DNA of 64,000 nucleotides, taken from the NCBI GenBank assembly GCA_016280895.1, contig JAEEHM010000080.1, positions 1,297 through 65,296 of the forward strand, read 5' to 3'. Position numbers and translations under genes: made by a program. Of this stretch, positions 43,963 to 55,237 are shown piece after piece (positions within the stretch are counted from its first letter, which is position 1; the number at the start of each line of letters is the position of its first letter). The notes under the pieces were generated by a model. It had not been told where the DNA came from, did not search any database, and saw only the letters and a list, made by a program, of their open reading frames with translations. Source of the DNA: Bacillota bacterium. Lineage in GTDB: Bacteria; Bacillota_I; Bacilli_A; ML615J-28; CAG-698.

Positions 43963-45957
43963 ATGACAAAATATTTAGTGATTGTAGAATCACCTGCAAA
44001 ATCCAAAACAATTGAAAAATATTTAGGGGATGAATACACAGTTACTTCAAGTAAGGGTCACATTCGTGATTTAACAACTCGTGGTTATGGAGGCTTTGGT
44101 GTCGATATCGACAATGGCTTTGAACCAATGTATAAGATCATGAAAGATAAGAAGGAAACTGTCAAAGAACTTAAGGCCTTAGTTAAAAAGGCTGACAAGG
44201 TTTATCTTGCAACCGACCCAGATCGTGAAGGAGAAGCTATTAGTTGGCATTTATATGAAACTTTAAATTTAGTTAAGAAGGATTATGAAAGAATCGTATT
44301 CCATGAAATAACTAAAAATGCTGTTTTAAATGCGATTGATAATGGACGTAGTATCGATATGGATCTTGTTCATTCTCAAGAAGCAAGAAGAATCATTGAC
44401 CGTATTATTGGTTTTAGTTTATCAAAATTACTTCAAAAGAAGATTGGTTCTAAATCAGCTGGTCGTGTACAATCTGTTGCGTTAAAACTAATTGTGGATC
44501 GTGAAAAAGAAATTGATGCATTTAATTCTAAAGAATACTGGGAAATGTATTTGAATTTTGTGAAGAAAAACAAAAAGCTAAAAGCACTTTTGTTGAAAGA
44601 AAATGATGAAAATGTGAAATTAGAATCTAAGGCTGATTGTGAGAAAATTGAAAAACAATTAAATGGTGATTATGTAATTAAATCAGTTGAATTTAAAAAT
44701 AAGAATAAACAAGCAAAGGCACCATTTATTACATCTACTTTACAACAAGAAGCTTCTAATAAATTAAATTTCCAAGCTCGTAAAACAATGCAAATAGCAC
44801 AAACCTTATATGAAGGTATTGATATTGAAAATGAACGTGTTGGTTTAATCACTTATATGAGAACTGACTCGATTAGATTGAGTGATGAATTTATTAAAGC
44901 TGCTAAGGATTATATTGTGAAGAATTATGGTTCTAAATATTACAAGGGTTATCAAAAGTTCAAAACAAACACTAAGAATGTGCAAGATGCCCATGAAGCG
45001 ATTAGACCATCTAATTTAGATAATACTCCAGAAAGCTTGAAATCATATTTATCTGCTGATGAATTTAAATTATATGAAATGATTTATGATCGTGCAGTTT
45101 CATCTTTAATGAGTGATGCTATAGTAGAAGCTGAAGATGTAATAATTGAAAATAATGGATTTAAATTTGGACTTGCTGGCGAAAAGACTATCTTTGATGG
45201 TTATCTAAAACAAGTAAGTAAATATGAAGATGATGATACTAAAGCATTACCTGAATTAACTGAAGGCGATATTATTAAAAACGCTAAAGTAGAATCAATT
45301 CAAAAATTTACTAATCCACCACTAAGATATAGTGAAGCAAGATTAATCAAGCGTATGGAAGAATTAGGTATTGGTAGACCATCTACTTATGCAGTAACAA
45401 TTGATACATTAAAAACAAGAGGATATGCGAAAATAGAAAAGAAGACCTTTGTACCTACTAATCAAGGTAAGTTGACAATGGCCAAATTAGAAGAATATTT
45501 CTCTTCAGTTATTAATGTTAAATACACAGCTGAGATGGAACATGCTCTTGATGAAATCAGTGAAGGTAACATCAAGTGGGCAAGTGAGGTTGAAAAGTTC
45601 TATAAGGATTATAAACCAGTCTTTGATAAGGCTGAAGCATCAATGGAAAGAATGTATCCAATTGAAACTGATGAATTATGTCCTGAATGTGGTTCTAAAT
45701 TATTAATTAGAAATGGTCGATTCGGTGAATTCTTAGCTTGTTCTGGTTTTCCAAAATGTCACTATACAGCTAAAAAAGAAGCACCAGAACCAGTTATCTC
45801 AACTGGTATTAAGTGCCCTAATTGCGAAACTGGTTATATTGTGGAACGTATTTCTAAAAGAGGAAGAAGCAAGGGACAAAAATTCTATGCTTGTGGAAAT
45901 TATCCAGCTTGTAAAACAACATATACTTCCCTTGATGAAATTAAAGGATTGAAATAA
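43963..45957 (+). CDS. topA: DNA topoisomerase I
   Basis: Toprim VIVESPAKSKTIEKYLG. Active-site region ITYMRTDS. C-terminal Cys4 zinc ribbons (CPECGS...C..FPKC; CPNCET...C..YPAC). Confidence 0.97.
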   Translation: MTKYLVIVESPAKSKTIEKYLGDEYTVTSSKGHIRDLTTRGYGGFGVDIDNGFEPMYKIMKDKKETVKELKALVKKADKVYLATDPDREGEAISWHLYETLNLVKKDYERIVFHEITKNAVLNAIDNGRSIDMDLVHSQEARRIIDRIIGFSLSKLLQKKIGSKSAGRVQSVALKLIVDREKEIDAFNSKEYWEMYLNFVKKNKKLKALLLKENDENVKLESKADCEKIEKQLNGDYVIKSVEFKNKNKQAKAPFITSTLQQEASNKLNFQARKTMQIAQTLYEGIDIENERVGLITYMRTDSIRLSDEFIKAAKDYIVKNYGSKYYKGYQKFKTNTKNVQDAHEAIRPSNLDNTPESLKSYLSADEFKLYEMIYDRAVSSLMSDAIVEAEDVIIENNGFKFGLAGEKTIFDGYLKQVSKYEDDDTKALPELTEGDIIKNAKVESIQKFTNPPLRYSEARLIKRMEELGIGRPSTYAVTIDTLKTRGYAKIEKKTFVPTNQGKLTMAKLEEYFSSVINVKYTAEMEHALDEISEGNIKWASEVEKFYKDYKPVFDKAEASMERMYPIETDELCPECGSKLLIRNGRFGEFLACSGFPKCHYTAKKEAPEPVISTGIKCPNCETGYIVERISKRGRSKGQKFYACGNYPACKTTYTSLDEIKGLK

Positions 45958-46298
45958 TGATTGAATCATCATGTGGTTTTGATTGTAGTAAATGTCCTTT
46001 ATATTTAATCACTATTGAAAAAGATGAGAATTTACGTAAACTTATCGAAGACAAATATAAAATAAAAAAAGGTATGGACTGCTTAGGTTGTTTAAGTGAT
46101 AAGTGCGCTGTCATCTGTGATAAGTGCAAAATAAAGGATTGTTGCAAAGAGAAGAACATTAAAAACTGTGGCTGGTGTGATTCTTTTAATGATTGCAAGG
46201 AAATTCAATATATTCTAAATACTAATCTACAATCTAAAGAATATTTAGAAGAAGAAAATAAAAAGTATCAAGAGGCGAAATTATGTCAGAAATATTAG
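45957..46298 (+). CDS. Cys-rich DUF3795-like protein
   Basis: CGFDCSKCPLY...CLGCLSDKC...CDKCKIKDCC...CGWCDSFNDC pattern. Confidence 0.5.
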   Translation: MIESSCGFDCSKCPLYLITIEKDENLRKLIEDKYKIKKGMDCLGCLSDKCAVICDKCKIKDCCKEKNIKNCGWCDSFNDCKEIQYILNTNLQSKEYLEEENKKYQEAKLCQKY

Positions 46299-46585
46299 AA
46301 ATTGTGATGTTGATATGCTTTGGTTTTTCATGGCCACTTAATTTAAGAAAAGCATATAAAAATAGAAGTACAAAAGGAATTAGCTTAATATTCTATTGTT
46401 TGATAGAACTAGGATATGTAGCTGGTATTATTTCTAAATTTTTAAATGAAGCTTATATGGCATCATTTAGTACTAAATGGTATGTATTAATATTTTATTT
46501 CATCAACTTAATTGTTGTTGGATTAAATATCTTAGTATATTTTAGAAATAGAAGACTAGAAAGATTAGAAAGTGCTGAAGAATAA
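46283..46585 (+). CDS. Small 3-TM membrane protein (PQ-loop/SemiSWEET-like?)
   Basis: Three hydrophobic helices. WPLNLRKAYKNRSTKGISL resembles the PQ-loop motif. Terminator hairpin agtgctgaa/ttcagcact lies at its stop. Confidence 0.45.
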   Translation: MSEILEIVMLICFGFSWPLNLRKAYKNRSTKGISLIFYCLIELGYVAGIISKFLNEAYMASFSTKWYVLIFYFINLIVVGLNILVYFRNRRLERLESAEE

Positions 46586-46699
46586 TTCAGCACTTTTCTT
46601 TTACAAAAAAAAGTTAAGATACTTCATTGACAATTAATGATATTAGGTATATCATTATGATAGGTAGTCTATCATTTAAGATTATCGGAGGAGAGTTTT

Positions 46700-47305
46700 A
46701 TGACATTAAAGGATGCAAAGAGCGATTATATAATAAAGGTCGCAAAGGAATTATTTTTAGAAAAAGGCATTAATTCTGTAACAATCAAAGATGTTGCCCA
46801 AAAAGCAGAAATGGGAGAGGTTACCATTTATCGTTATTTTTCTAAGAAAGAAAATTTAGTAGTACAAGTAGCTATTGCACTTGAAAAAGAAGTATTTTCA
46901 AAATATTTTTCTGTTGATCATAATTTAAGTGGCTATGTTCAAATTGAAAGATTCTATAATAGTTTCTTAGATGTGTTTAATAATATGAGGAATTATTTTC
47001 GATTTGTACATGATTTTGATAGTTTAGTTGTTGCTAATCATTTAAGGGTTGAAGAATATGAAAAGAACATCTATTCATATTATCAAGTATTTATGGAAGC
47101 ATATAATAAAGGCCTTGAAGATGGAAGCCTTAGAAAAATAATTAATCCAGATTTATTCTATATGACAACATCTCATGCTATCCTTTCTTTATGTGTGAAA
47201 ATGGCATCTGATGATGTACTAGTTCAAGATCAAAATACTGACAAAACAAAAGAAATATGTACATTGATTATGATCTATATGAATTCATTAATTCCACAAA
47301 AATAA
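46700..47305 (+). CDS. TetR/AcrR-family transcriptional regulator
   Basis: HTH VTIKDVAQKAEMGEVTIYRYFSKKENL. Upstream palindrome atgatag-gtagt-ctatcat overlaps the promoter. Confidence 0.85.
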   Translation: MTLKDAKSDYIIKVAKELFLEKGINSVTIKDVAQKAEMGEVTIYRYFSKKENLVVQVAIALEKEVFSKYFSVDHNLSGYVQIERFYNSFLDVFNNMRNYFRFVHDFDSLVVANHLRVEEYEKNIYSYYQVFMEAYNKGLEDGSLRKIINPDLFYMTTSHAILSLCVKMASDDVLVQDQNTDKTKEICTLIMIYMNSLIPQK

Positions 47306-47374
47306 TTGATATATTATTGAATAATTGTTATAAATAGTGTATAATTGTTATATAAATATTTTAGGAGGAGATTT

Positions 47375-47803
47375 ATGAAAAAATATTTAAACACAATTTG
47401 TTTGGGATGCGCTGCTTTTTTCTTATTATTGAATTTTGCTTTCATGGCTTTACCTGGTGCAACAGTAACAATTCTTGGTACTAAAGGAAAAGCATCTATC
47501 TATGAAATGTTCGAACATAGTGGAATCTTAGTAGTAGCTATGGTATTTGTAATTATTGCATTACTTGCTATCGCATTCGCATTACTTGTTGAATTCAAAT
47601 TATTTGATTTCAAATTTGCAGGTTTCGTATTATTAGGTGCTGCATTATTCGCATTACTTGCTGGTATTTTCTATTTCTGTGCATGTACTGGCGATTATGA
47701 AGGCTTTGATTTAGGAATTGGTGCAGTACTTTGTGCTTTATTAAGTATATTTGCTGCTGGTGGAGCTGGCTTTGTAGGCTGTATGAAAGTTCTTAAGAAA
47801 TAA
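47375..47803 (+). CDS. Hypothetical 4-TM membrane protein
   Basis: RBS aggagg plus ATG at 47375. Hydrophobic, Ala/Leu/Phe-rich. Confidence 0.55.
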   Translation: MKKYLNTICLGCAAFFLLLNFAFMALPGATVTILGTKGKASIYEMFEHSGILVVAMVFVIIALLAIAFALLVEFKLFDFKFAGFVLLGAALFALLAGIFYFCACTGDYEGFDLGIGAVLCALLSIFAAGGAGFVGCMKVLKK

Positions 47804-47870
47804 GAAATTATAAAATTAGTGCTAATTTATTAGCACTTTTTTTATGCTTTCATCACTAATAAATATAATC

Positions 47871-47923
47871 TTGTCGAGTATACTCGACAAATACAATGCA
47901 ATTCTGTCGACTATACTCGACAA
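47871..47923. repeat. Two copies of a 20-bp palindrome (ttgtcgagtatactcgacaa; ctgtcgactatactcgacaa) offset by 33 bp
   Basis: Copy 1 is a perfect palindrome (47871-47890). Copy 2 (47904-47923) has 2 mismatches. They sit between two related hairpin+T-run elements (47818-47843 and 47938-47965). Confidence 0.85.
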
Positions 47924-48066
47924 AAATATTCTTTTGAAGTGCTATTATAATAGTGCTTTTTTTTATTTTTTAATAAATTGAATAATTGTATTTTTTACTT
48001 TTAAAATGGATTAAAATGTGGTATAATATGTGAGTAAGAAAAGCATTTAATTAGGAGTAAAAAAAT

Positions 48067-49053
48067 ATGGGTTTATTCAGTTTTTTTAAGAGAAATAAAG
48101 AGAAAAAAGAACAATTAAAGAAATATGAAGTAGGAATGGAAAAAACAAGAAAATCTACTTTTTCTAAACTTGCTCACCTCTTTAACAAACAAAACCAAAT
48201 CAATGATGCTTTATTTGATGAATTAGAAGAAATCTTTGTAATGGCTGATATTGGTGTAGATACAGTTGTTGAATTTGTTGACCAATTAAGAGAAGATGTT
48301 AGAGCTAAAGGTATAACTGATGCTAAGGAATTACAACCAATAGTAGTCGATAAGATGTTTGATATTTATCTAAAGGGTGAAATTGTAAATTCTAACCTTA
48401 GATTTAATAAAGATGGTTTATCTGTATTCTTATTTGTTGGTGTTAATGGTGTTGGTAAAACTACCACTATTGCGAAGATTGCGAATAAACTAAAAAAAGA
48501 AGGCCACAAGGTCTTACTTGCTGCTGGTGATACATTTAGAGCTGGTGCTATTGAACAACTTGTTATTTGGGGTAATCGTGCTGGCGTTGAAGTGGTAACA
48601 GGTAAAGAAGGTGCTGATCCATCTTCAGTTATTTATGAAGCTATTCAAGTTGCGAAAAATAAGGGCTATGATGTGCTTCTTTGTGATACAGCAGGAAGAC
48701 TTCAAACTAAGGTTAATCTAATGAAAGAATTAGAAAAGATGAAGAAAGTAATATCAAGAGAAGTAGAAGGTGCTCCACAAGATACACTACTTGTAATTGA
48801 TGCTACTACTGGTCAAAATGGCTTAAGCCAAGCTAAGGCCTTCATCGAAGCAACAGATGTATCAGGTGTCGTTCTTACAAAGCTTGATGGTACTGCAAAA
48901 GGTGGTATTGTGCTTGCTATTAGAGACAAATACAATATCCCAATTAAGTTTGTATGTATGGGTGAAAAGATTGATGATATCGAATATTTCGATATTGAAG
49001 GATACATCTATGGTTTATTTAGTGACATCATAAAGGATGAAGATAATGAATAA
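48067..49053 (+). CDS. ftsY: Signal recognition particle receptor FtsY
   Basis: NG domain: GVNGVGKTTTIAK, DTAGRL, TKLDGTAKGG. Confidence 0.95.
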   Translation: MGLFSFFKRNKEKKEQLKKYEVGMEKTRKSTFSKLAHLFNKQNQINDALFDELEEIFVMADIGVDTVVEFVDQLREDVRAKGITDAKELQPIVVDKMFDIYLKGEIVNSNLRFNKDGLSVFLFVGVNGVGKTTTIAKIANKLKKEGHKVLLAAGDTFRAGAIEQLVIWGNRAGVEVVTGKEGADPSSVIYEAIQVAKNKGYDVLLCDTAGRLQTKVNLMKELEKMKKVISREVEGAPQDTLLVIDATTGQNGLSQAKAFIEATDVSGVVLTKLDGTAKGGIVLAIRDKYNIPIKFVCMGEKIDDIEYFDIEGYIYGLFSDIIKDEDNE

Positions 49054-49363
49054 TATTGATGATTTATTAAATAAAAAAGAATATTTAAATTCTTTATATG
49101 ATATTTATAAAGACTTATTTACTCTAAAACAACAAGAATATTTTGAATCATATTTCTTTGATGATTTATCTTTAGCAGAAATTGCGTCTAATTCTAATGT
49201 TAGTAGAAATGCAGTCTTTACTGCTTTAAAAAGTATTGAAGAAAAATTAGAAGAATATGAGGATAAATTGCAAATCTTAGCTAAAAAAGAAAATATCAAT
49301 AAAATATTAGAAAGTTCAAATAATTTAGAAGAAATTAAAGACAAAATTAGAAATATATTATAA
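49046..49363 (+). CDS. ylxM: YlxM/UPF0122 HTH protein of the ffh operon
   Basis: YFFDDLSLAEIASNSNVSRNAVFTALK (sigma-70 region-4-like HTH) between ftsY and ffh. The start could also be 49037. Confidence 0.8.
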   Translation: MNNIDDLLNKKEYLNSLYDIYKDLFTLKQQEYFESYFFDDLSLAEIASNSNVSRNAVFTALKSIEEKLEEYEDKLQILAKKENINKILESSNNLEEIKDKIRNIL

Positions 49364-49373
49364 GAGGTGACTT

Positions 49374-50774
49374 ATGCCATTTGAAAGTCTATCTGAAAGA
49401 TTACAAATGTCTCTTCGTCGGATTACCGGAAGAGGAAGATTAAATGAAAATGATATCGATGAAATGATGAAAGAGGTTCGTCTTTCATTATTAGAGGCCG
49501 ATGTAAACTATAAAGTTGTTAAAAACTTCTGTGCTGATGTAAAAGAAAAAGCCTTAGGTGAAAAGATTATGAAATCTTTAACACCTGGTGATCAAGTTGT
49601 AAAAGTAGTTCATGATGAACTAAAGAAATTGATGGGTGAAGAAGCAGTTGAAGTAAAATACAACGAAAAAGGAATGTCAATCTTTATGCTAGTTGGTCTT
49701 CAAGGTGCTGGTAAAACAACACATGTAGGTAAGCTTGCTGCATATTTAAGAAAGAAGGACAAGAAAAGACCATTATTAATTGCAGGCGATATTTATCGTC
49801 CTGCTGCTATTGACCAATTAAAAACTGTTGGTAAACAATTAGGCATTGAAGTATTTGATATGGGTAATAAAGAAAAAGTAACTACAATTGTTGCTGAAGG
49901 TATCAAATACGCAAAGAAGATGAATTATGATTTAGTAATTATCGATACAGCTGGACGTCTACATATTGATGATGCTTTAATGAAAGAGTTACAAGATATC
50001 AATAATTTATGCCATCCAGATGAAATCTTACTAACAATCGATGCCATGATGGGTCAAGATGCTATCAATGTAATCACTACATTTAATGAGATGCTTCCTT
50101 TAACAGGCTGTATTTTAACAAAACTTGATGGTGATACAAGAGGTGGTGCTGCTCTATCAATTAGGTATTTAACAAATGTACCAATTAAATATATTGGTCT
50201 TGGTGAAAAATTAGACCAATTAGAATTATTCCATCCAGACCGTATGGCAGGACGTATCCTTGGTATGGGTGATGTTGTATCCTTCATTGAAAAAGCGACA
50301 GAATCAATTGATGAAGATGAAGCAATGAAGATGATGGAAAAGATGCAAAAGGGTATCTTCAATTATAATGACTTCTTAAAACAACTAAAATGGATTAAAA
50401 GAATGGGTTCTTTAAAATCATTATTAGGTATGATTCCAGGCATTGGTTCACAAATTAAGAACATGGATATTGATGACAAACAATTATTATACATCAATAC
50501 TATCGTGCTTGCGATGACTGAAGAAGAAAGAAGAAAACCTGATTTAATTGCGTCAAGTCCTTCAAGACGTGAACGTGTAAGTAAGGGTAGTGGTAGAAGC
50601 TATCAAGAAGTTAATAATCTTGTTAAACGTTTTGAAGACATGAAAAAACAAATGAAAGCAATGAGTGGTATGAGTGAGGCTGACATGCAAAGAAGTATGC
50701 AAACTGGCCAAGGCATGCCTAAACAAAAAGTGAAGAAGGGTAAAGGAAAAGGCAGAGGTAATTTTAGATTCTAG
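49374..50774 (+). CDS. ffh: Signal recognition particle protein Ffh
   Basis: GLQGAGKTT, DTAGRLH, TKLDGDTRGGAALS. Met-rich M domain and basic tail. Confidence 0.97.
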   Translation: MPFESLSERLQMSLRRITGRGRLNENDIDEMMKEVRLSLLEADVNYKVVKNFCADVKEKALGEKIMKSLTPGDQVVKVVHDELKKLMGEEAVEVKYNEKGMSIFMLVGLQGAGKTTHVGKLAAYLRKKDKKRPLLIAGDIYRPAAIDQLKTVGKQLGIEVFDMGNKEKVTTIVAEGIKYAKKMNYDLVIIDTAGRLHIDDALMKELQDINNLCHPDEILLTIDAMMGQDAINVITTFNEMLPLTGCILTKLDGDTRGGAALSIRYLTNVPIKYIGLGEKLDQLELFHPDRMAGRILGMGDVVSFIEKATESIDEDEAMKMMEKMQKGIFNYNDFLKQLKWIKRMGSLKSLLGMIPGIGSQIKNMDIDDKQLLYINTIVLAMTEEERRKPDLIASSPSRRERVSKGSGRSYQEVNNLVKRFEDMKKQMKAMSGMSEADMQRSMQTGQGMPKQKVKKGKGKGRGNFRF

Positions 50775-50795
50775 CCTTTCTAAATAGGTGAAATC

Positions 50796-52625
50796 ATGAG
50801 TGAAATAAGTTTAGAAATCTTATCAAAAGACTTAGTAGAAAATATGAAAAAAGCAGAATCAAAGCGTATGGCCTTTTTTGATGAAGCATTCACAAAGCTA
50901 AAAAGAGGTAATAAGGAAGCAGTAGATGCAATGCGTCAAATTGAAAAGAGCTTCCAAGAAGAATTGAAATTAGAAAAGACTGCTTTTAATGATTTACAAG
51001 CTAAGGTAAAAGAAATCGAAAACAATTTAAAAATTGGCTTAGATGCTTATTATAATCAATATAATGTTGATGGAGAAGCTAAGAAATTACAAGATAGCAA
51101 AGACAAGGGTGTACAACCTAAGATGATGATCTATCGTAAAGAAACTCATGATGCTAATTTTAAATATGATCGTATCTTAAAGGAAGAAAAAGATACCTTA
51201 AGAGAAAAACAAGATAATTTTGATGATTTTGAAAAGAATGCGAAAGCGAGAATCTTTGATTTAGAAAAGCGATGCAGAATTGAAATTAATAAGGAAAAAG
51301 CATCATCTTTAGCATCTTATGAGGATCTACAAAAGAAATTATTAGAAACTAATAATCGTAAAGAAATCAAAGATATCAACAAACAAATCCAATCTATTCA
51401 AAAGCAAGGTTTAAAGACTGAAAAAGAAATTAAATTAAATTATCAAGAATTAATTAAGACTGAAAAATTAAATTATGAAGAGAATAAAAAGAATTTATTA
51501 ATTGATTTATTAGAAACTGAAACTATTTATAGACTTAAAAAATTAGAGATTGAAGTTGAGAAAAAACATATAAATCAAAGATTACAAATAGAACTTGATA
51601 AATATGATTTTGGTTCAAAACGAGCAATTAATAACTTAAATCACAAGATGGTTGCTAAGAAAAATAGCTTAGTTTTATCTTATAAAGATGAGAAAAAAGC
51701 CCTTGTGGAAAAAGAAAAAGAAGCACAAATTGAACGTATTAAGTACAAACAAACTATCACTAATGATTTAATGACAGTCCAAGAAAACAATTATAAAGCA
51801 TATATTGATACTATCAATATGGGTTCTAAATTAACAAATGATCATTATGTAAATGAGCTTGATAAGTTCACCGAATATCTTCATAAGGTACTTGCTGGCA
51901 TGATGGAAATGTTGGTAGAGCTTCATAATGAGTATTTCAATAATGTGATTAATTTAGAATATGAAAATATAAATTTATTAATAAATGCGAAATATAATTA
52001 TGAAACATTGAATAAAATGCCATATGAAAATTTCCTAGTTGAATTAGATAATTTATATAATTCATTTAAAGAAGAGGCTAATAATTCTTTAAATAAACAC
52101 AGATGCGAAATTGAAGAAATGATTAATGACACAAATGAATATGTTAATAAGATGATTGAAAAATTAAAGAAATCACTTAGTGAAGAAAATTGTGTGATTA
52201 ATTATCATAAGGCTTTAGAAGAAAAATTGAATAGTTTTATTTCATCTACAAAAACATTTGAAAGTGATGCTTATGATAAAGAGCTTGTTACCTTCCCATT
52301 CATTGAAGGTGAACTTGCTGATTATGATAATACAGTAAAAGAAATGAATAAGGAAAATGAAGAAGTTAGCAAGAAGCATGAAGAATTAGATAAAGAACTT
52401 GATGCTGAAATAGAAAAATATCATCAAGAAAAAGATGCTGAAAGTGCTAATTTTGATAAAGAGCATGAAGATGAAATTGCAGCTATCAATCAAGAAAAGA
52501 AAGATAAGATATTAGAATTTGAAAATAAATATAACGAAGAAGTAAATAATATCAAACAAGAAAAAGAAAAGATGGATTTAGAAATTGAAGCATCTTATAA
52601 TGAAGCAATTAAATTATTGAAGTAG
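50796..52625 (+). CDS. Hypothetical long coiled-coil protein
   Basis: 609 aa, K/E/N/L-rich with a heptad-like pattern throughout. I recognised no catalytic motif. Confidence 0.5.
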   Translation: MSEISLEILSKDLVENMKKAESKRMAFFDEAFTKLKRGNKEAVDAMRQIEKSFQEELKLEKTAFNDLQAKVKEIENNLKIGLDAYYNQYNVDGEAKKLQDSKDKGVQPKMMIYRKETHDANFKYDRILKEEKDTLREKQDNFDDFEKNAKARIFDLEKRCRIEINKEKASSLASYEDLQKKLLETNNRKEIKDINKQIQSIQKQGLKTEKEIKLNYQELIKTEKLNYEENKKNLLIDLLETETIYRLKKLEIEVEKKHINQRLQIELDKYDFGSKRAINNLNHKMVAKKNSLVLSYKDEKKALVEKEKEAQIERIKYKQTITNDLMTVQENNYKAYIDTINMGSKLTNDHYVNELDKFTEYLHKVLAGMMEMLVELHNEYFNNVINLEYENINLLINAKYNYETLNKMPYENFLVELDNLYNSFKEEANNSLNKHRCEIEEMINDTNEYVNKMIEKLKKSLSEENCVINYHKALEEKLNSFISSTKTFESDAYDKELVTFPFIEGELADYDNTVKEMNKENEEVSKKHEELDKELDAEIEKYHQEKDAESANFDKEHEDEIAAINQEKKDKILEFENKYNEEVNNIKQEKEKMDLEIEASYNEAIKLLK

Positions 52626-52634
52626 GAGAAGGCT

Positions 52635-53186
52635 ATGTTTGATTATATCAAGGGTAAAATTACATATATTTACGCCAAATACATCACTGTTGAAAATAAT
52701 GGGATAGGCTACATTGTCCATGTTGCTAATCCATATGCATATAAATTAAATGATGATGTTATTGTGTATATCTATACTTATATTCGTGAAGAGACTAATG
52801 ACCTTTATGGCTTTATGAAGCTTGAAGAAAGAGATTTATTCATTAAATTGATTTCTGTTAAGGGTATTGGACCAAAGGGTGCCCTTGCTATATTAGCATC
52901 AGGTGAAATCGAAGAACTTCAAAATGCGATATTAAAGGGAGATGCAAGGTACTTGCAGAAATATCCTGGCATTGGACCTAAAGCATCTGGCCAAATTATA
53001 TTAGATTTACGTGGTAAATTAGTAAGTGATGCCCCAATTAATCCAAAAATTGAAAATGTGAAGGAAGCACTAAAGAGCCTTGGCTATTCAAGTGCTGAGC
53101 TTAAGAAATTAGATAAATTCTTAAGTGAAAATATTGATTTAGAAATTCAAGAATTAATTAAACTTTCTTTAAAGAGAATGTTGTAG
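52635..53186 (+). CDS. ruvA: Holliday junction DNA helicase RuvA
   Basis: MFDYIKGKI..., HhH motifs [16 protein letters not shown] and [12 protein letters not shown]. Confidence 0.92.
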   Translation: MFDYIKGKITYIYAKYITVENNGIGYIVHVANPYAYKLNDDVIVYIYTYIREETNDLYGFMKLEERDLFIKLISVKGIGPKGALAILASGEIEELQNAILKGDARYLQKYPGIGPKASGQIILDLRGKLVSDAPINPKIENVKEALKSLGYSSAELKKLDKFLSENIDLEIQELIKLSLKRML

Positions 53187-53194
53187 GTAATAAT

Positions 53195-54220
53195 ATGGAT
53201 GAAATTACAAAAAGAGAAGCTAATAATGAAGATATGCTTTTTGAAGAAAGTGAAGCTAGCTTAAGACCAAAGAGACTTTGTGATTATGTTGGCCAAACTA
53301 ATTTGAAAGAAATGCTGAATGTCTTCATTCAAACAGCAAAGCTTAGAAATGAAACATTAGACCATGTTTTATTATATGGCCCACCAGGACTTGGTAAAAC
53401 TACCCTTGCAAATATTATTGCGAATGAAATGGGTGCAAATTTTAGACAAGTTAGTGCTCCATCTATTACAAGATCTGGTGATTTAGCATCGATTCTTTCA
53501 TCTTTAGAGGCTGGAGATGTTTTATTCATTGATGAAATACATAGACTGCCTAAGGTAGTTGAGGAAGTATTATATTCCGCAATGGAAGATTATTCAATTG
53601 ATATTGTTGTGGGTAAAGATACTATGGCCCAAACAATTAAAATTGACCTTCCACCATTTACCTTAATTGGTGCTACTACTAGACCTGGTGATATTTCTAG
53701 TCCTTTAAGAGATCGATTTGGAATCGTTAATGCCCTTAATTATTATTCAATTGAAGAATTAAGCCAAATCATCAATAGAACTAGTAAGGTCTTTGATTAT
53801 AAAATTGAGGATAAAGCAGCATATGAAATAGCAAGAAGAAGTCGTGGTACACCACGTGTTGCTAATAGATTGTTTAGACGTGTTAGAGATTTCTCTCAAT
53901 TTATGGGAGATGAGGGAATTATAAAATACGATATCACAAAGGATTCTTTAAGTAGACTTAATATCGATGATGATGGACTAAATGAAACTGACCACAAATT
54001 CTTACGCGCGATCATTGAAAAATTCAAGGGTGGACCTGTAGGTTTATCTTCAGTTGCAGCATCAATCGGTGAAGAGGTTAATACCTTAGAGGATGTATAT
54101 GAACCATATTTACTTCAAGAAGGTTTTATTATTAGAACTCCAAGAGGTAGATGTGTTACTGAAAAAGCATATCGTAATTTAGGAATTGTATATCAAACAG
54201 GATTTATAAAATGGACGTAA
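53195..54220 (+). CDS. ruvB: Holliday junction DNA helicase RuvB
   Basis: [40 protein letters not shown]. Confidence 0.97.
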   Translation: MDEITKREANNEDMLFEESEASLRPKRLCDYVGQTNLKEMLNVFIQTAKLRNETLDHVLLYGPPGLGKTTLANIIANEMGANFRQVSAPSITRSGDLASILSSLEAGDVLFIDEIHRLPKVVEEVLYSAMEDYSIDIVVGKDTMAQTIKIDLPPFTLIGATTRPGDISSPLRDRFGIVNALNYYSIEELSQIINRTSKVFDYKIEDKAAYEIARRSRGTPRVANRLFRRVRDFSQFMGDEGIIKYDITKDSLSRLNIDDDGLNETDHKFLRAIIEKFKGGPVGLSSVAASIGEEVNTLEDVYEPYLLQEGFIIRTPRGRCVTEKAYRNLGIVYQTGFIKWT

Positions 54221-55236
54221 AAGAATTTGATTATGAATTAGATGAATCTTTGATTGCGCAAAGACCAATTGAGGCAAGAGAACAATCAAGGTTAATGACA
54301 GTAAATAGAGAAAGTGGTAAAATTGAGCACAAACATTTTTATGATATAATCGATTATTTAAATAAGGGTGATGTCCTTGTGTTAAATGATACTAAGGTAA
54401 TGCCATCAAGAATTTATGGTAACAAGGTAGATACCGATGCTAAAATAGAATTTCTTTTATTAAAAGAAACATCTAAGGATGTATATGAATGTTTAGCAAG
54501 ACCATTTAGAAGAATTAAAGTTGGCACTTTAATTGATTTTAATGGTTTGATGAAGGCATCAATTGTATCAAAAGGTGAAGAAGGTCTTTGTGAAATTAAA
54601 TTTGAATATCAAGGAATCTTCATTGAAATCTTAGAAAAGCTTGGAGAAATGCCACTACCACCATATATTCATGAAAAGCTAGAAGATAAGGATCGTTATC
54701 AAACAGTATATGCGAAGAATCTAGGTAGTGCTGCAGCACCTACTGCAGGACTACATTTCACTAAAGAACTGCTTAAAAGAATTGAAGAAAAGGGTGTAGA
54801 GATTGAATATGTGACCCTTCACGTTGGCTTAGGTACTTTTAGACCAATGCAAACTGAAAAGGTTGAAGAGCATCATATGCATTCTGAATATTATGAAATA
54901 TCAGAAGATGTTGCTGAAAAGCTTAATAAAGCTAAGGCTGAAGGTAGAAGAATCATTGCAGTCGGTACAACATCTACACGTACCTTAGAGTCTAATATGA
55001 CTAAATATAATGAATTCAAATCTACAAAGGAAGATACATCAATATTTATCTATCCAGGTTATGAATTCAAAGCAATTGATTGTTTGATCACAAATTTCCA
55101 TTTACCTAAATCAACCCTTGTAATGTTAGTATCTGCATTTGCATCTAAAGATATTATTATGAATGCATACATGGAAGCTCAAAAGCAAAGGTATCGTTTC
55201 TTTAGCTTTGGTGATGCTATGTATTTATATAAGTAA
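54211..55236 (+). CDS. queA: S-adenosylmethionine:tRNA ribosyltransferase-isomerase
   Basis: [50 protein letters not shown]. Confidence 0.95.
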   Translation: MDVKEFDYELDESLIAQRPIEAREQSRLMTVNRESGKIEHKHFYDIIDYLNKGDVLVLNDTKVMPSRIYGNKVDTDAKIEFLLLKETSKDVYECLARPFRRIKVGTLIDFNGLMKASIVSKGEEGLCEIKFEYQGIFIEILEKLGEMPLPPYIHEKLEDKDRYQTVYAKNLGSAAAPTAGLHFTKELLKRIEEKGVEIEYVTLHVGLGTFRPMQTEKVEEHHMHSEYYEISEDVAEKLNKAKAEGRRIIAVGTTSTRTLESNMTKYNEFKSTKEDTSIFIYPGYEFKAIDCLITNFHLPKSTLVMLVSAFASKDIIMNAYMEAQKQRYRFFSFGDAMYLYK

Positions 55237-55237
55237 G

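Noticed and set aside
10236-55237. Upstream-extended start codons given by the ORF track (5986, 10236, 20009, 22078, 28885, 29817, 31870, 34072, 42471, 47345, 55163, 57362)
   Set aside because: In each case an internal ATG has a properly spaced purine-rich RBS. The extension also covers a promoter, an operator or the upstream gene, or begins with a rare start codon.
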